Source: a virus. Taken from it: a stretch of 37,277 nucleotides of DNA. Below, piece by piece: positions 1 through 8,164 of the stretch. Numbering within the stretch: the first letter of the stretch is position 1; each line of letters opens with the position of its first letter. The DNA lies in the IMG/VR virus record IMGVR_UViG_3300042876_000891, positions 1 to 37,277 of that record, one strand, 5' to 3'. A program made the translations under genes and the position numbers. Under the pieces are notes generated by a model that was given only the letters and a program-made list of their open reading frames with translations, was not told the origin of the DNA and ran no database searches.

Positions 1-127
1 TCTCGGGGAAGGTGACGCGGCCGCGGGGCGAGGACTGCCCGGGCTGCTCGAGCTGGACCTGCCCGGCTACTTGCGCTGCTTCTCGAAGAACTGCTCGGCC
101 GCCTGCGAAACCCTGTCGCTGAGCTCG
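1..127. repeat. Terminal direct repeat copy 1 (identical to 37151..37277); end overlap that closes the sequence into a circle
   Basis: Bases 1-127 match 37151-37277 base for base. The repeat lies inside coding sequence rather than at a non-coding genome end. Confidence 0.95.
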
Positions 128-2971
128 TCGCGGCTGACCTTCTCGCCGGCCCGCAGCACCGTCACGCCGCCGATCTTCAGCCCGCGATGCGCGGTCGGCT
201 GCTTCGGCTGCGACTCCCCGCTGCTTGTGGGCTTCGACGAGGGCGTCTGCTGCGTCATAGGTGGCTCCGAGTCCGTATCCGAAGGTGACGTTGAGCGGCT
301 CGCCATCCTCGTGTGTGATAGTAGCGCACAAGGCAGCGAGGTCGTCAATGAACGCCTGCAAGGCCTTGGGATCGTTGGACCGGGCCGCGAACTCGTCCCC
401 CGAGAGGTGCGCGAAGTCGAACTCGGCGCCGTAGGCCTTCGCCGCAGCGCGCGCCACGCCGATGAGCATCGCGTCGCCAACCTCGACGCCGAGCGTCTCG
501 TTGACCGCCCGGAGCCCGTTGAGGTCGATCGAGGCGACGTGCGCCGCCTTGTCGAGCTTCTCCAGGAGGAAGAACCCCTCCCCCGTCAGCGCGCCGTTCC
601 CGTCCAGGAAGGCGGCCTTGAAGGCGGCCTCGTCCGGCGGGAGCAGCTCCCGGACCTCGGCCGGGACGTCCGCGGCAGCGAGCTCCTCCGCGGAGAGCTT
701 CATCTCGGCCGCGGTCTCGACCTTCACGCCGAGGGGCTTCGCGCCGCGCAGCGCCCGCTTCCCCGAGCCCTCGAGCCCCTTCTTCGTGCCGGCGTGGGTC
801 GCCCCCGCCTCCTCGAGCGTGGCTCCCACCGCGCCGGTGAGCGCGATCCCCTCCGGCATGGCGGCCTGCGCCTGCTCGAGGATGCGCGCCAGCTCCGCCT
901 GGTCCGCCACGCGGACGGCGAAGTCGCCGCCCACCTTGGCGACGAGTGGGGCGGCGCCCCGCAGGGCGCGCGCCGCCGCTCGGTACAGCAGGTTGCCGGT
1001 CGTGTGGCCGCTCTTGTTGGCCCACTTCGTGCCCTCGACCGAGATGTGCGCGACGAGCGGCCGCGCCGGGTCCGCCGGCAGCGCCTCGAAGGCCCGCCGG
1101 TTCAAGGTGCCGGAGTTGTGGTCGGTGAAGAAGAGCGCCTCCTTCCCGGCCCGGTCGAGCCCGGTGAGGTGCTTCGTCAGGAGCTCCGAGGAGCGGGTGA
1201 ACGGCAGCCCCGCCGGCGTGAGCCCGCCGAGCGCCTCGTTCTCCACCTGCAGCCCCATCGTCTCGTAGAACGACCAGGCGTCGCCCTTGCCGAGCCGCTT
1301 CGCCATGGTGCGCGAGAAGGCGCTCCAGAGCGCGGCGTTCGTCCGGGCGATGTCCGGGTCCTGCCCGGCCGCCTCGAGCTTGGCGGCGACGTCGGCGAGG
1401 ACGCGCTGCTCGGGCGTCGCCTCGACCGGCTTCGCCTCCGCCTTCGCGCTCTCGTCGGCGAGCTGCTTCGCCTCCTTCTCGACCTTCTCGGCCTCCCGGA
1501 GCGTGAGCGCGTCGCCGACGCGCAGGTCCGGGACGAGCCCCTCGTAGCCCTTCAACGGCGCGACGTTCACCGCGAAGTCGTGGGTCGGGATCGTGACCTC
1601 GACGCCCGGGTTCCCGGCGGCCTCCTCGAGCTGGCGCGCGACGGCGGGCATCCGCTGGGCGACCCAGGCGAGATCCTTGTCGTTCGCCTGGAAGAGCTCG
1701 AGCAGCTTCTCGGCCGGCGCGGTGACCGACTCGATCGCCCCGCCCTGCCGCGCCTGGATGTTCTGGACGTGCTCGCGGGCGACGTCCGGCAGGCTCATCA
1801 CGGTCGAGGACTCGGTCGCCGCCTCGCCGAGGGCGGTGAAGAACTGCGCTCGCTCGCGCGCGTGCGACGCCTCGGTGACGTCCGCGCGGACCCCGGCGGC
1901 CACGCCCGGCGCGCCGTAGACGCCGCCGGCGAGCGCGCCCTCGAGGCCGGCCTCGCCGACCCGGCCCCAGTCGATCTGGACGCCCTCCTGGCCGTCGATG
2001 AACTGGCCGCCGAGGATGGTGTTCAGCTCCTGCATCGCCTCGGTGAGCCCCTCCGCCGTCATGCCGCCGGCGAGACGCGCCGCGGCGCGGGCGACCGCGG
2101 CCCGGCCAGTGTTCGAGCGCAGGGCGGTCCGGAAGACGTCCCGAGCGACCCCGCCCTTCATCAGGGCCTTCAGCCCGGGGATCTGGAATACCAGGTCGAG
2201 CGGGAGGACCTCGAGCGCGCCGTTCGCCGCGCCCACGATGCTGGACGCGAGGAAGGCCTGCTCGTGGGTGACGCCAGGGATCTGCATGTACTCCCGGTAG
2301 GCGCTCCCCATCTCGCGCTTGCCGGTGGCGATCGTCATCCCGGCCCGCCCGCCGACCGAGGCGCCGAGCTTCGCGCCGCCGATCATCGCCGGTCCGACCA
2401 GCGTCCCGCCGGTCCCCACCGCCGCGCCGAGGCCTGCGACCCCGGCCCCGATCATAGCGCCGGCCGCCGCCGTCGGGCCTGCCTCGAGCGCCGAGGCGCC
2501 CATCATCGGCGCCGACTCCGCCGCCGCGCGCAGGCCGCGCGCCACGATGCCGGTCTTCGGGCGGGGCACCGAGGCGGCGAGCTGCTCCAGGCGCTCGGCC
2601 TCCGCGATCTCCTCCGGGGTCGCCTCGCCGATCGCCTGCCGGTACCCGATGATGGCGATCCGGTCGTTCAGGCGCCCGCGGTAGGCCGCCTCGCCGATCC
2701 CGCCGGTGAGCATCGCGCCCGAGCCGCCGAAGACGTCCTCGAGGAAGGAGAGCCCCTTCACGTCGCCGGCGACCTGCGCCGCGCGCGCGGGGTCGGCGAG
2801 CAGCTCCTGCGTCGTCGGGGCGTCCTTCGTGAGCTCGGTCCAGCTCGGGGCGGCCGGAGCCGCCGGCTTCGGCTGGGAGGCGACGAGCGCCTGCGCCGCC
2901 GAGACCCCTGCCGCCCGCTCCCGGTCCTCCGAGCTCGGCGCGTCCGCCGCGAGCTCGTCCCAGGGGTTCAC
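1..2971 (-). CDS. N-terminal part of a giant virion-associated (ejection/polyvalent-type) protein. The ORF continues across the junction into 37150..33534.
   Basis: GTG at 2971 overlaps the upstream TGA (GTGA). My hand translation of this minus frame (codon tops congruent to 1 mod 3) from 2971 to 1 found no stop. The protein text is plausible: MNPWDELAADAPSSEDRERAAG..., a Gly-rich hydrophobic stretch GAMIGAGVAGLGAAVGTGGTLVGPAMIGGAKLGASVGG (2348-2461), then two GGDEF-like domains. The ORF track omits it because it runs off the window edge. Confidence 0.75.
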   Translation of the reverse strand, partial: MNPWDELAADAPSSEDRERAAGVSAAQALVASQPKPAAPAAPSWTELTKDAPTTQELLADPARAAQVAGDVKGLSFLEDVFGGSGAMLTGGIGEAAYRGRLNDRIAIIGYRQAIGEATPEEIAEAERLEQLAASVPRPKTGIVARGLRAAAESAPMMGASALEAGPTAAAGAMIGAGVAGLGAAVGTGGTLVGPAMIGGAKLGASVGGRAGMTIATGKREMGSAYREYMQIPGVTHEQAFLASSIVGAANGALEVLPLDLVFQIPGLKALMKGGVARDVFRTALRSNTGRAAVARAAARLAGGMTAEGLTEAMQELNTILGGQFIDGQEGVQIDWGRVGEAGLEGALAGGVYGAPGVAAGVRADVTEASHARERAQFFTALGEAATESSTVMSLPDVAREHVQNIQARQGGAIESVTAPAEKLLELFQANDKDLAWVAQRMPAVARQLEEAAGNPGVEVTIPTHDFAVNVAPLKGYEGLVPDLRVGDALTLREAEKVEKEAKQLADESAKAEAKPVEATPEQRVLADVAAKLEAAGQDPDIARTNAALWSAFSRTMAKRLGKGDAWSFYETMGLQVENEALGGLTPAGLPFTRSSELLTKHLTGLDRAGKEALFFTDHNSGTLNRRAFEALPADPARPLVAHISVEGTKWANKSGHTTGNLLYRAAARALRGAAPLVAKVGGDFAVRVADQAELARILEQAQAAMPEGIALTGAVGATLEEAGATHAGTKKGLEGSGKRALRGAKPLGVKVETAAEMKLSAEELAAADVPAEVRELLPPDEAAFKAAFLDGNGALTGEGFFLLEKLDKAAHVASIDLNGLRAVNETLGVEVGDAMLIGVARAAAKAYGAEFDFAHLSGDEFAARSNDPKALQAFIDDLAALCATITHEDGEPLNVTFGYGLGATYDAADALVEAHKQRGVAAEAADRASRAEDRRRDGAAGRREGQPRRAQRQGFAGGRAVLREAAQVAGQVQLEQPGQSSPRGRVTFPE
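67..258 (-). CDS. 63-aa ORF nested in an alternative frame inside the linker of the giant ORF (hypothetical protein)
   Basis: ATG at 258 is preceded by GGAG (268-265) with a 6-nt spacer, and the TAG stop is at 67-69. By hand count 60 of 63 codon third positions are G or C. Text: MTQQTPSSKPTSSGESQPKQPTAHRGLKIGGVTVLRAGEKVSRDELSDRVSQAAEQFFEKQRK. Confidence 0.6.
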   Translation of the reverse strand: MTQQTPSSKPTSSGESQPKQPTAHRGLKIGGVTVLRAGEKVSRDELSDRVSQAAEQFFEKQRK

Positions 2972-4719
2972 CGGCCACCCCGCAGGTACGCGCGGACCGC
3001 CATGTCGGCGATCGCCGTCGAGCTGGAGTCTTTCCCAGCCTTCTGGAGCGCCGCCTTGATCCGGGGGCCCTGCGTCTGGATGAGGTCGAACACCTGGAAG
3101 GCCTCCGGCTTGGTGAGCACGCGATCGCCGGCGCTGCGCTTCCAGCCGGTGGTGATGTCGCCCTCCCACGCGCTGAACTCGGTCATCGTCGTCTTCTGGG
3201 CCTCGGGGGTGAGCCCCTTCCCGCGGCGGAGCGTGCTGTCGCGGACCGCCGTCGAGTAGTCGCTCGGGATCCCGGAGTCCTTCGCCTCGGCCTTCCACGC
3301 CTTGGCGTTGACGAGCTTGTCGACGAGCGGGTTCACGATCGCGGTCTGCTCGGCCGGGGTGAGCGGCGCGGCGGAGCCCTTCCCGGCCTTCGCGCGCGCG
3401 GCGTTGTAGAGCGCCCGGTTCACCTCGCGCTGGACGTAGCCCACGGCGAAGGCGTCGTCCTCGGCGTCCTTCCCGGCGACGTGCAGCCCGTGGAAGACGA
3501 GCCTCGTGTTCGTCTCCTCCTGGGGGCCGAAGAAGGACGTGTACTTCACCGAGCTGGGGCCCTCGAGCTTCAGCGTCCGCTGCAGGTCGAGGAAGTGCTT
3601 CGCGTCCGGGACGGCCAGGCGGCTGAAGTACGACGCGAGGTCGGCGTTCTTGAACGCCTCGGGGTTGGTCGTGGCGAGGTTCGTCAGCTCGGCGTAGGCC
3701 TTCAGGTCCGTCTCGACGGGCTTCTTGTCCGGGCGGGTGCTCTCGACCAGGCGGATCGACCACTGGAGGGTCTCGCTCGACACGGTCCCGGGCGCGGGGA
3801 TGAGCTTCGTGGAGAGCTGGCGGCCGCCCGCCTGGATGTACGCGCCGAGCAGGGTGTTGCGCGCGGCCTCGTCGGCCTCCCGGAACTGGTTCGCTGCGGC
3901 GGACTTCTCGCCGTGCTCGAACTCCCGCACCTGCCCCTCGAGGACGCGCTTCCAGTCGGCGCGCTGGTCCGGAGAGAGGCGATCGAGCCCCTGCCCGCTC
4001 TCGAGCTGCCCGATGAGCCGGCCCGCCTCGAGGACGTCCGCGGTGGACCGGATGCCGGCGAGCCGCCGCGCCTCGAGCGGCCTCACCTGCTGCGCGAACT
4101 CGATGATGCCGAGCCGCTGCTCCTTCTCGGCCGGCTCGAACGCCGTCGTCTGGACGACCAGGTTGTGGGCCTTCAGGAAGTTTCCCGCCCGGATGCTGTT
4201 CGCGACCGCCTCGTCGAGCGTCTTCCGCTGGTCGGCGAGCATCCCGCGCAGCTGCGCCTGCTCGAGCCGCGCGCGGCGCCCCCGGATCTCCTCGGCCACG
4301 CCGGACTCGAACTCGGACTTCCATCCGCTGCCGACCGTCATCTCCCCGCCGGCCTGCGCGACCAGATCCTTCGCCGCCTTCGCGTGTAGGGCCCCCGCGA
4401 CCTCCCACGTCGGGATGGACCCCTCGCCGTTGAGGCGGCGCTGCACCTCGCTGTCGAGTGAGCCGATGTCGTCCCCGAGCCGCTCGCGGACGAAGGCCTT
4501 GTCCAGGTAGGGCGAGGCCCCGATCTTCGTCTCGACGTCGGCGAGCCCGGCCGCGACCTTCGCGTGCGCGGCCTCGAGCTGCGTCCGAACGAGCGAGCGG
4601 CCGAACTCGGCGAGCCCGGTCTCGATGGTCTGCGCGGCCTGCCGCTGCGCCTGGTCGACGCGGGCGAACGAGGCGCTCGAGTCCTGGACCGACGCGTACT
4701 CGATCTCGGGGAGCCTCAC
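2968..4719 (-). CDS. Putative internal virion/ejection protein (583 aa), in the position of the T7 gp15-type protein
   Basis: Plausible helical protein text with a GTG start at 4719. It sits between a small membrane-anchored protein and the giant protein, downstream of the tail-tubular-like genes. The function is inferred from position only. Confidence 0.55.
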   Translation of the reverse strand: MRLPEIEYASVQDSSASFARVDQAQRQAAQTIETGLAEFGRSLVRTQLEAAHAKVAAGLADVETKIGASPYLDKAFVRERLGDDIGSLDSEVQRRLNGEGSIPTWEVAGALHAKAAKDLVAQAGGEMTVGSGWKSEFESGVAEEIRGRRARLEQAQLRGMLADQRKTLDEAVANSIRAGNFLKAHNLVVQTTAFEPAEKEQRLGIIEFAQQVRPLEARRLAGIRSTADVLEAGRLIGQLESGQGLDRLSPDQRADWKRVLEGQVREFEHGEKSAAANQFREADEAARNTLLGAYIQAGGRQLSTKLIPAPGTVSSETLQWSIRLVESTRPDKKPVETDLKAYAELTNLATTNPEAFKNADLASYFSRLAVPDAKHFLDLQRTLKLEGPSSVKYTSFFGPQEETNTRLVFHGLHVAGKDAEDDAFAVGYVQREVNRALYNAARAKAGKGSAAPLTPAEQTAIVNPLVDKLVNAKAWKAEAKDSGIPSDYSTAVRDSTLRRGKGLTPEAQKTTMTEFSAWEGDITTGWKRSAGDRVLTKPEAFQVFDLIQTQGPRIKAALQKAGKDSSSTAIADMAVRAYLRGGR

Positions 4720-4722
4720 CGG

Positions 4723-5097
4723 CTACCTCCACCAGTTGTTGTTCTTCGCGAAGTCGAAGAAGGAGCCGGCGCCCCCGGTCAGGAAGGAGAACTTCGCCGC
4801 GGTCTCGGTCGCCTGCGCCTGCGCCATCCCGGCGTCGAGCATCCACTTCTCCTGGCGGCCGAACTCGGTCTCCATGTCGCTGAGGTCGCGCTGCAGCCCC
4901 TGGCTCTCGAACTCGATCCCGGACGCGGCGCCCCGGGCCTGCGCCTCGCCGAGCGTCGCCTGGTGCTGAAGCCGGAAGCGCCGGAGCTGCTCGCGCGTCT
5001 CGGCCCGCTGCTGGTCGGCCTGCTTGTTGCCGAGCCACCAGGAGGCTCCCGCGCTGGCGAGCCCGACTCCGAGTTGTGCAGCGAAGAGCGCGCTCAT
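4723..5097 (-). CDS. Small putative internal virion protein with a hydrophobic N-terminus (124 aa)
   Basis: N-terminus MSALFAAQLGVGLASAGASWWLG looks like a transmembrane segment, followed by a charged helical region. The gene is tightly packed in the tail/ejection gene block. Confidence 0.5.
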   Translation of the reverse strand: MSALFAAQLGVGLASAGASWWLGNKQADQQRAETREQLRRFRLQHQATLGEAQARGAASGIEFESQGLQRDLSDMETEFGRQEKWMLDAGMAQAQATETAAKFSFLTGGAGSFFDFAKNNNWWR

Positions 5098-5107
5098 CGT
5101 CCCCTCC

Positions 5108-7156
5108 TCACGACTCGTTCCGCTGCAGGTCGCCGAAGATGGTCAGGATCTCGGTCCTGAACGGCAGGTCCTGCTCGATGGTGATCTCCCCGTTCTCCGC
5201 CCAGCCGAGATTGCGCAGCTCGACGTCGGCGGTGAGTAGCGGCTCGCCCTCGTCCATCGGCGTGGCCGGGGTTCGGTCCGGGATGCGCTTGCCGTTGACC
5301 AGGGGGGCCGCCGAGTCGTTCAGGCGGAGACCGATCCGGGAGTAGCGCTTCTTCGCGCCCAGCGGCGGGAGGGTGATGAGCTTCGGCCGGTAGGCGAGAC
5401 CGACCACGACCTCGGTCCCGACCAACGTCGGGTCGTCAGCGATCCGCTGGGCAGTGACCGCCTGCACCTGCCCGCCGACGACGACCTGGTTCGCCTCGAG
5501 CTGATCGTCGACGACGACGCGCACCGTCTGCCCTTCGAGGTGGCCGAGCCCCGTCACGATACCGTTCCCGGCGAGCGCGCCCACGATGTGGCTGTCCAGG
5601 TACTGCGCTCCGACCTCGTGCATCGGGACGATCTCGAGCCGGCTCGAGCCGGCGCGGGTGACCCAGAGGATGAGCTCGTCGCCGTCCGGCGAGTCGACGA
5701 CGCAGGCCGTCACGATGCCGGTGACCTTGAGCTGCCACCACGCGGCGACCTGCGCGCCCTTGTCGTACGTGCACGCGACCATCGTCCCGTCGGTCCTGAG
5801 GACGAAGATCGTCGGGACTGGCTGCCGCGCGAAGTGGACCTCCTTCACGTCGTAGACGAGATGCTCGCCGGTGAGCGAGACGGGGGCGCTGACCCAGCCG
5901 TCCTTCACCTGGGCATCGAAGCTCAGGGAACGGACCTCCCGGAGACTGCGGCCGACGAAGAGAACCTCGTCCCCGAGGTGAGTCGCCTGGATCGCCGCTG
6001 AGCCGAAGGCGCTCTCGTCCTCGACCTGTACGTTTTCGGCGTAAACGACGGCGCCGCTGCCGTGGATGGACTGCTCGACGCGCTCGGCGCCGGCAAGGAG
6101 GGTCTTCTGCCCCTGCAGCCAGCGGATCCCGCCGCGCACGGAGGCGCTGATCGCGAAGCCGTCCGCCGCGCCCGCCCCGGTGGTGAAGTCGAACGGGTAG
6201 CCGGACTTCGACGCCTGGACGACGTTCGGCTCGTCCGGCGTGGCGCCGAGCCAGAGCCGGCCCTGGAAGCCCCAGTCGATGGTGCTCGGGTAGTGCGTGC
6301 CGACCCACGAGGAGGGCGGAGACACGAACGTCGCCGCGTGCAGCTCGAAGAAGCCGTGCACGTTCAGCGTGAGCAACTGCGGCGCCACGTTGCCATGGAC
6401 CAGCATCATCCGGTTCTTCGTGAGGTCCTGGTCGAACTGGACCGCCGCGACCTGCGCGGCCGTCCACGGGGCATCGATGTGGTCAGCCGCGGCAACCCCG
6501 TCATCCGTCACGAAGATGTCGTCGATGTACTTGAACGACCCTGTTGCCAGCGAGTGGACCGAAATGCCGGCGGCTGAGTCAGCCGTCGCCGTGAAGGTCA
6601 TCGAGTAGTTGGCCCACTGGGCCGTGAACAGGAACCCGGTGCCCGGCACGCCGGAGCCGAGAGCGGTGACCGTCGCCCCAGCCAGCGACGACTCATTCTT
6701 CGCTCGGAAGCGAACCGTGTACGTGTGCCCCGTCACCCAGTTGCAGACCTGGGTGACTGAACCCTCTCCGAGACGGACATAACCGCCAACCATCCAGGTC
6801 GCCTGTACGGCAAGCGTCCATCCCGTGGTCCCCGCGTCGAAGGTCCCGTTCGTCACGAGGTTTGTCAGGAACGTCTGCGCGACCCCGGCGCGCGAGAAGA
6901 TGCGCAGCTCCTGGTCGAGCAGCGCCAGCACGTACGGGCCGCCGCCGGAGACGTTGAAGGGGATCGACCGCAGCACCCCCGCCTGCGTCGCCTTGAACGC
7001 CGAGCCCGCGCGCATCAGCGCCGAGCCGTAGGAGAGCGGGATCCAGTCCTCGTCGAGCTTGAGCCCCTTCGCGTAGAGCGGGAGGTCCAGCCGCCCGCGG
7101 AGACGCGGCGAGAGCTCCCCGGCGGCGAAGCTGGACTGGATCGGCAGGTAGGCCAC
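5108..7156 (-). CDS. Tail tubular protein B-like (682 aa) with an inserted carbohydrate-binding-module-like segment
   Basis: GTG start at 7156. N-terminus MAYLPIQSSFAAGELSPRLRGRLDLPLY resembles the N-terminus of T7-type gp12 proteins. It directly follows a gp11-like gene. Residues about 98-218 (NGTFDAGTTGWT...) look like a CBM_4_9-type sugar-binding insert. Confidence 0.6.
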   Translation of the reverse strand: MAYLPIQSSFAAGELSPRLRGRLDLPLYAKGLKLDEDWIPLSYGSALMRAGSAFKATQAGVLRSIPFNVSGGGPYVLALLDQELRIFSRAGVAQTFLTNLVTNGTFDAGTTGWTLAVQATWMVGGYVRLGEGSVTQVCNWVTGHTYTVRFRAKNESSLAGATVTALGSGVPGTGFLFTAQWANYSMTFTATADSAAGISVHSLATGSFKYIDDIFVTDDGVAAADHIDAPWTAAQVAAVQFDQDLTKNRMMLVHGNVAPQLLTLNVHGFFELHAATFVSPPSSWVGTHYPSTIDWGFQGRLWLGATPDEPNVVQASKSGYPFDFTTGAGAADGFAISASVRGGIRWLQGQKTLLAGAERVEQSIHGSGAVVYAENVQVEDESAFGSAAIQATHLGDEVLFVGRSLREVRSLSFDAQVKDGWVSAPVSLTGEHLVYDVKEVHFARQPVPTIFVLRTDGTMVACTYDKGAQVAAWWQLKVTGIVTACVVDSPDGDELILWVTRAGSSRLEIVPMHEVGAQYLDSHIVGALAGNGIVTGLGHLEGQTVRVVVDDQLEANQVVVGGQVQAVTAQRIADDPTLVGTEVVVGLAYRPKLITLPPLGAKKRYSRIGLRLNDSAAPLVNGKRIPDRTPATPMDEGEPLLTADVELRNLGWAENGEITIEQDLPFRTEILTIFGDLQRNES

Positions 7157-7159
7157 GGC

Positions 7160-7735
7160 TCACCACCTCTTCGCGGCGAGCTCGCTGGAGCGGACCCTCT
7201 CGGACGTCCCCTGCATCCCGTCCCGCGCCGCCGCCTGCGCGAGTTCGCCCTGGTAGCGCCGCTCCATCGTCAGCGCGAGCTGGGGGTTCTCGGTGATCGG
7301 GCCGGCAAGGTCGGCCGCCACCCGGGCCGCCACGACCCGGCCGAAGCCGGGCGAGAAGAGCGCGGGGTCCTCGAGGAGGACGATCGCCTTCACGTAGAGC
7401 GTCGTGGGCGAGGTCTCGGTGAGGACGAACGCGCCCTCCCGCCGCCACTCGATCTCCTGCGTCCCGCTGCCGTCGTCGCAGGTCACGACGCGGATGACCG
7501 TCGCCGGGAGCGCGTACTTCGAGGGGAAGTCGGCGAGGCCCGTCGCCACCACCGGCCCGAGCTGCAGCCGCTGGGTGGCGAACGTCCACGCGCGCGCCTC
7601 GAGCGCGGCCCGGAGCGCCTCCGGGTAGACCCGCGCGCAGAGCTCCTCCACGGTGCCCAGCGTCGCGTCCAGGGCGGTGATGGACCGTTCGCCGAGCCAC
7701 CCGAGCGCGAGGTTGCAGATCCCGACGGCGTCCAC
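7160..7735 (-). CDS. Tail tubular protein A-like (191 aa)
   Basis: GTG start at 7735. ICNLALGWLGERSITALDATLGTVEELCARVYPEALRAALEARAWTFA parallels the T7 gp11 N-terminal pattern (..ILASIGEPPVSTL......RILNK....IQSRGWTFN). The size also matches (T7 gp11 is 196 aa). Confidence 0.6.
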   Translation of the reverse strand: MDAVGICNLALGWLGERSITALDATLGTVEELCARVYPEALRAALEARAWTFATQRLQLGPVVATGLADFPSKYALPATVIRVVTCDDGSGTQEIEWRREGAFVLTETSPTTLYVKAIVLLEDPALFSPGFGRVVAARVAADLAGPITENPQLALTMERRYQGELAQAAARDGMQGTSERVRSSELAAKRW

Positions 7736-7744
7736 GTCGGCCCC

Positions 7745-8152
7745 CTAGTACGTCGTCCAGCCGTTCAGCGAGACCGTGGCGAAGTTGGTGGCCGCCGGCG
7801 CTGCCGCGCTCTCCAGCGTCATCGCCGTGTTCTTCGTGCCGATGATGTTGACCTGCGCGGTGTGGCACATGCCCTGGCCGATCGTGGCCATGAGGCGGGT
7901 CGACCAGACGATGGTGCCGGCGCCCGTCGCGCCGTCCCGGAGGTTGAAGACCAGGGTCGGCTGCGCGGCCACCGCCGAGACGCAGATCGTGATGCTCGTC
8001 GCGACGTGGCGCCCGTTGGTGCTGGCGGCCTTGGCGATCGTCGCCGCGGTGGCCGCGGCCGGCTGGTGCTGGATGGCCCAGAAGGAGCCGACGCTCTGGC
8101 CCAGCGAGGCGACCGGGAGAGCGGCGAGGAGGAGCGCGAGGAGGGTCTTCAT
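7745..8152 (-). CDS. Secreted beta-rich protein with an N-terminal signal peptide (135 aa)
   Basis: MKTLLALLLAALPVASLGQS is a classic Sec signal with an A-S-L-G-Q type cleavage region. The remainder is Ala/Thr/Gly-rich. Confidence 0.6.
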   Translation of the reverse strand: MKTLLALLLAALPVASLGQSVGSFWAIQHQPAAATAATIAKAASTNGRHVATSITICVSAVAAQPTLVFNLRDGATGAGTIVWSTRLMATIGQGMCHTAQVNIIGTKNTAMTLESAAAPAATNFATVSLNGWTTY

Positions 8153-8164
8153 GGCGGCGGTCTC

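Noticed and set aside
1-127. The 127-bp terminal repeat as a biological direct terminal repeat of a T7-like linear genome
   Set aside because: The repeat lies inside an ORF that reads continuously across it, with no non-coding ends. The exact 127-nt length is what a de Bruijn assembler overlap would produce. It can only be settled with read termini, so it is kept as a check in the findings.
67-280. Programmed double ribosomal frameshift (+1, then -1 at the TAG) as the primary explanation for the frame switch
   Set aside because: No slippery heptamer or obvious stimulatory structure is visible. The small frame also has its own well-spaced GGAG-ATG. An independently initiated nested gene is the simpler reading, so recoding is kept only as an alternative in the finding.
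71-3259. The 1,062-aa plus-strand ORF and the 877-aa minus-strand ORF (345..2978) covering the first 3 kb
   Set aside because: Both translate to Arg/Gly/Pro/Ala-dominated strings with no domain-like text. They are shadow frames of the real minus-strand frame (codon tops congruent to 1 mod 3), which gives plausible protein and high third-position GC.
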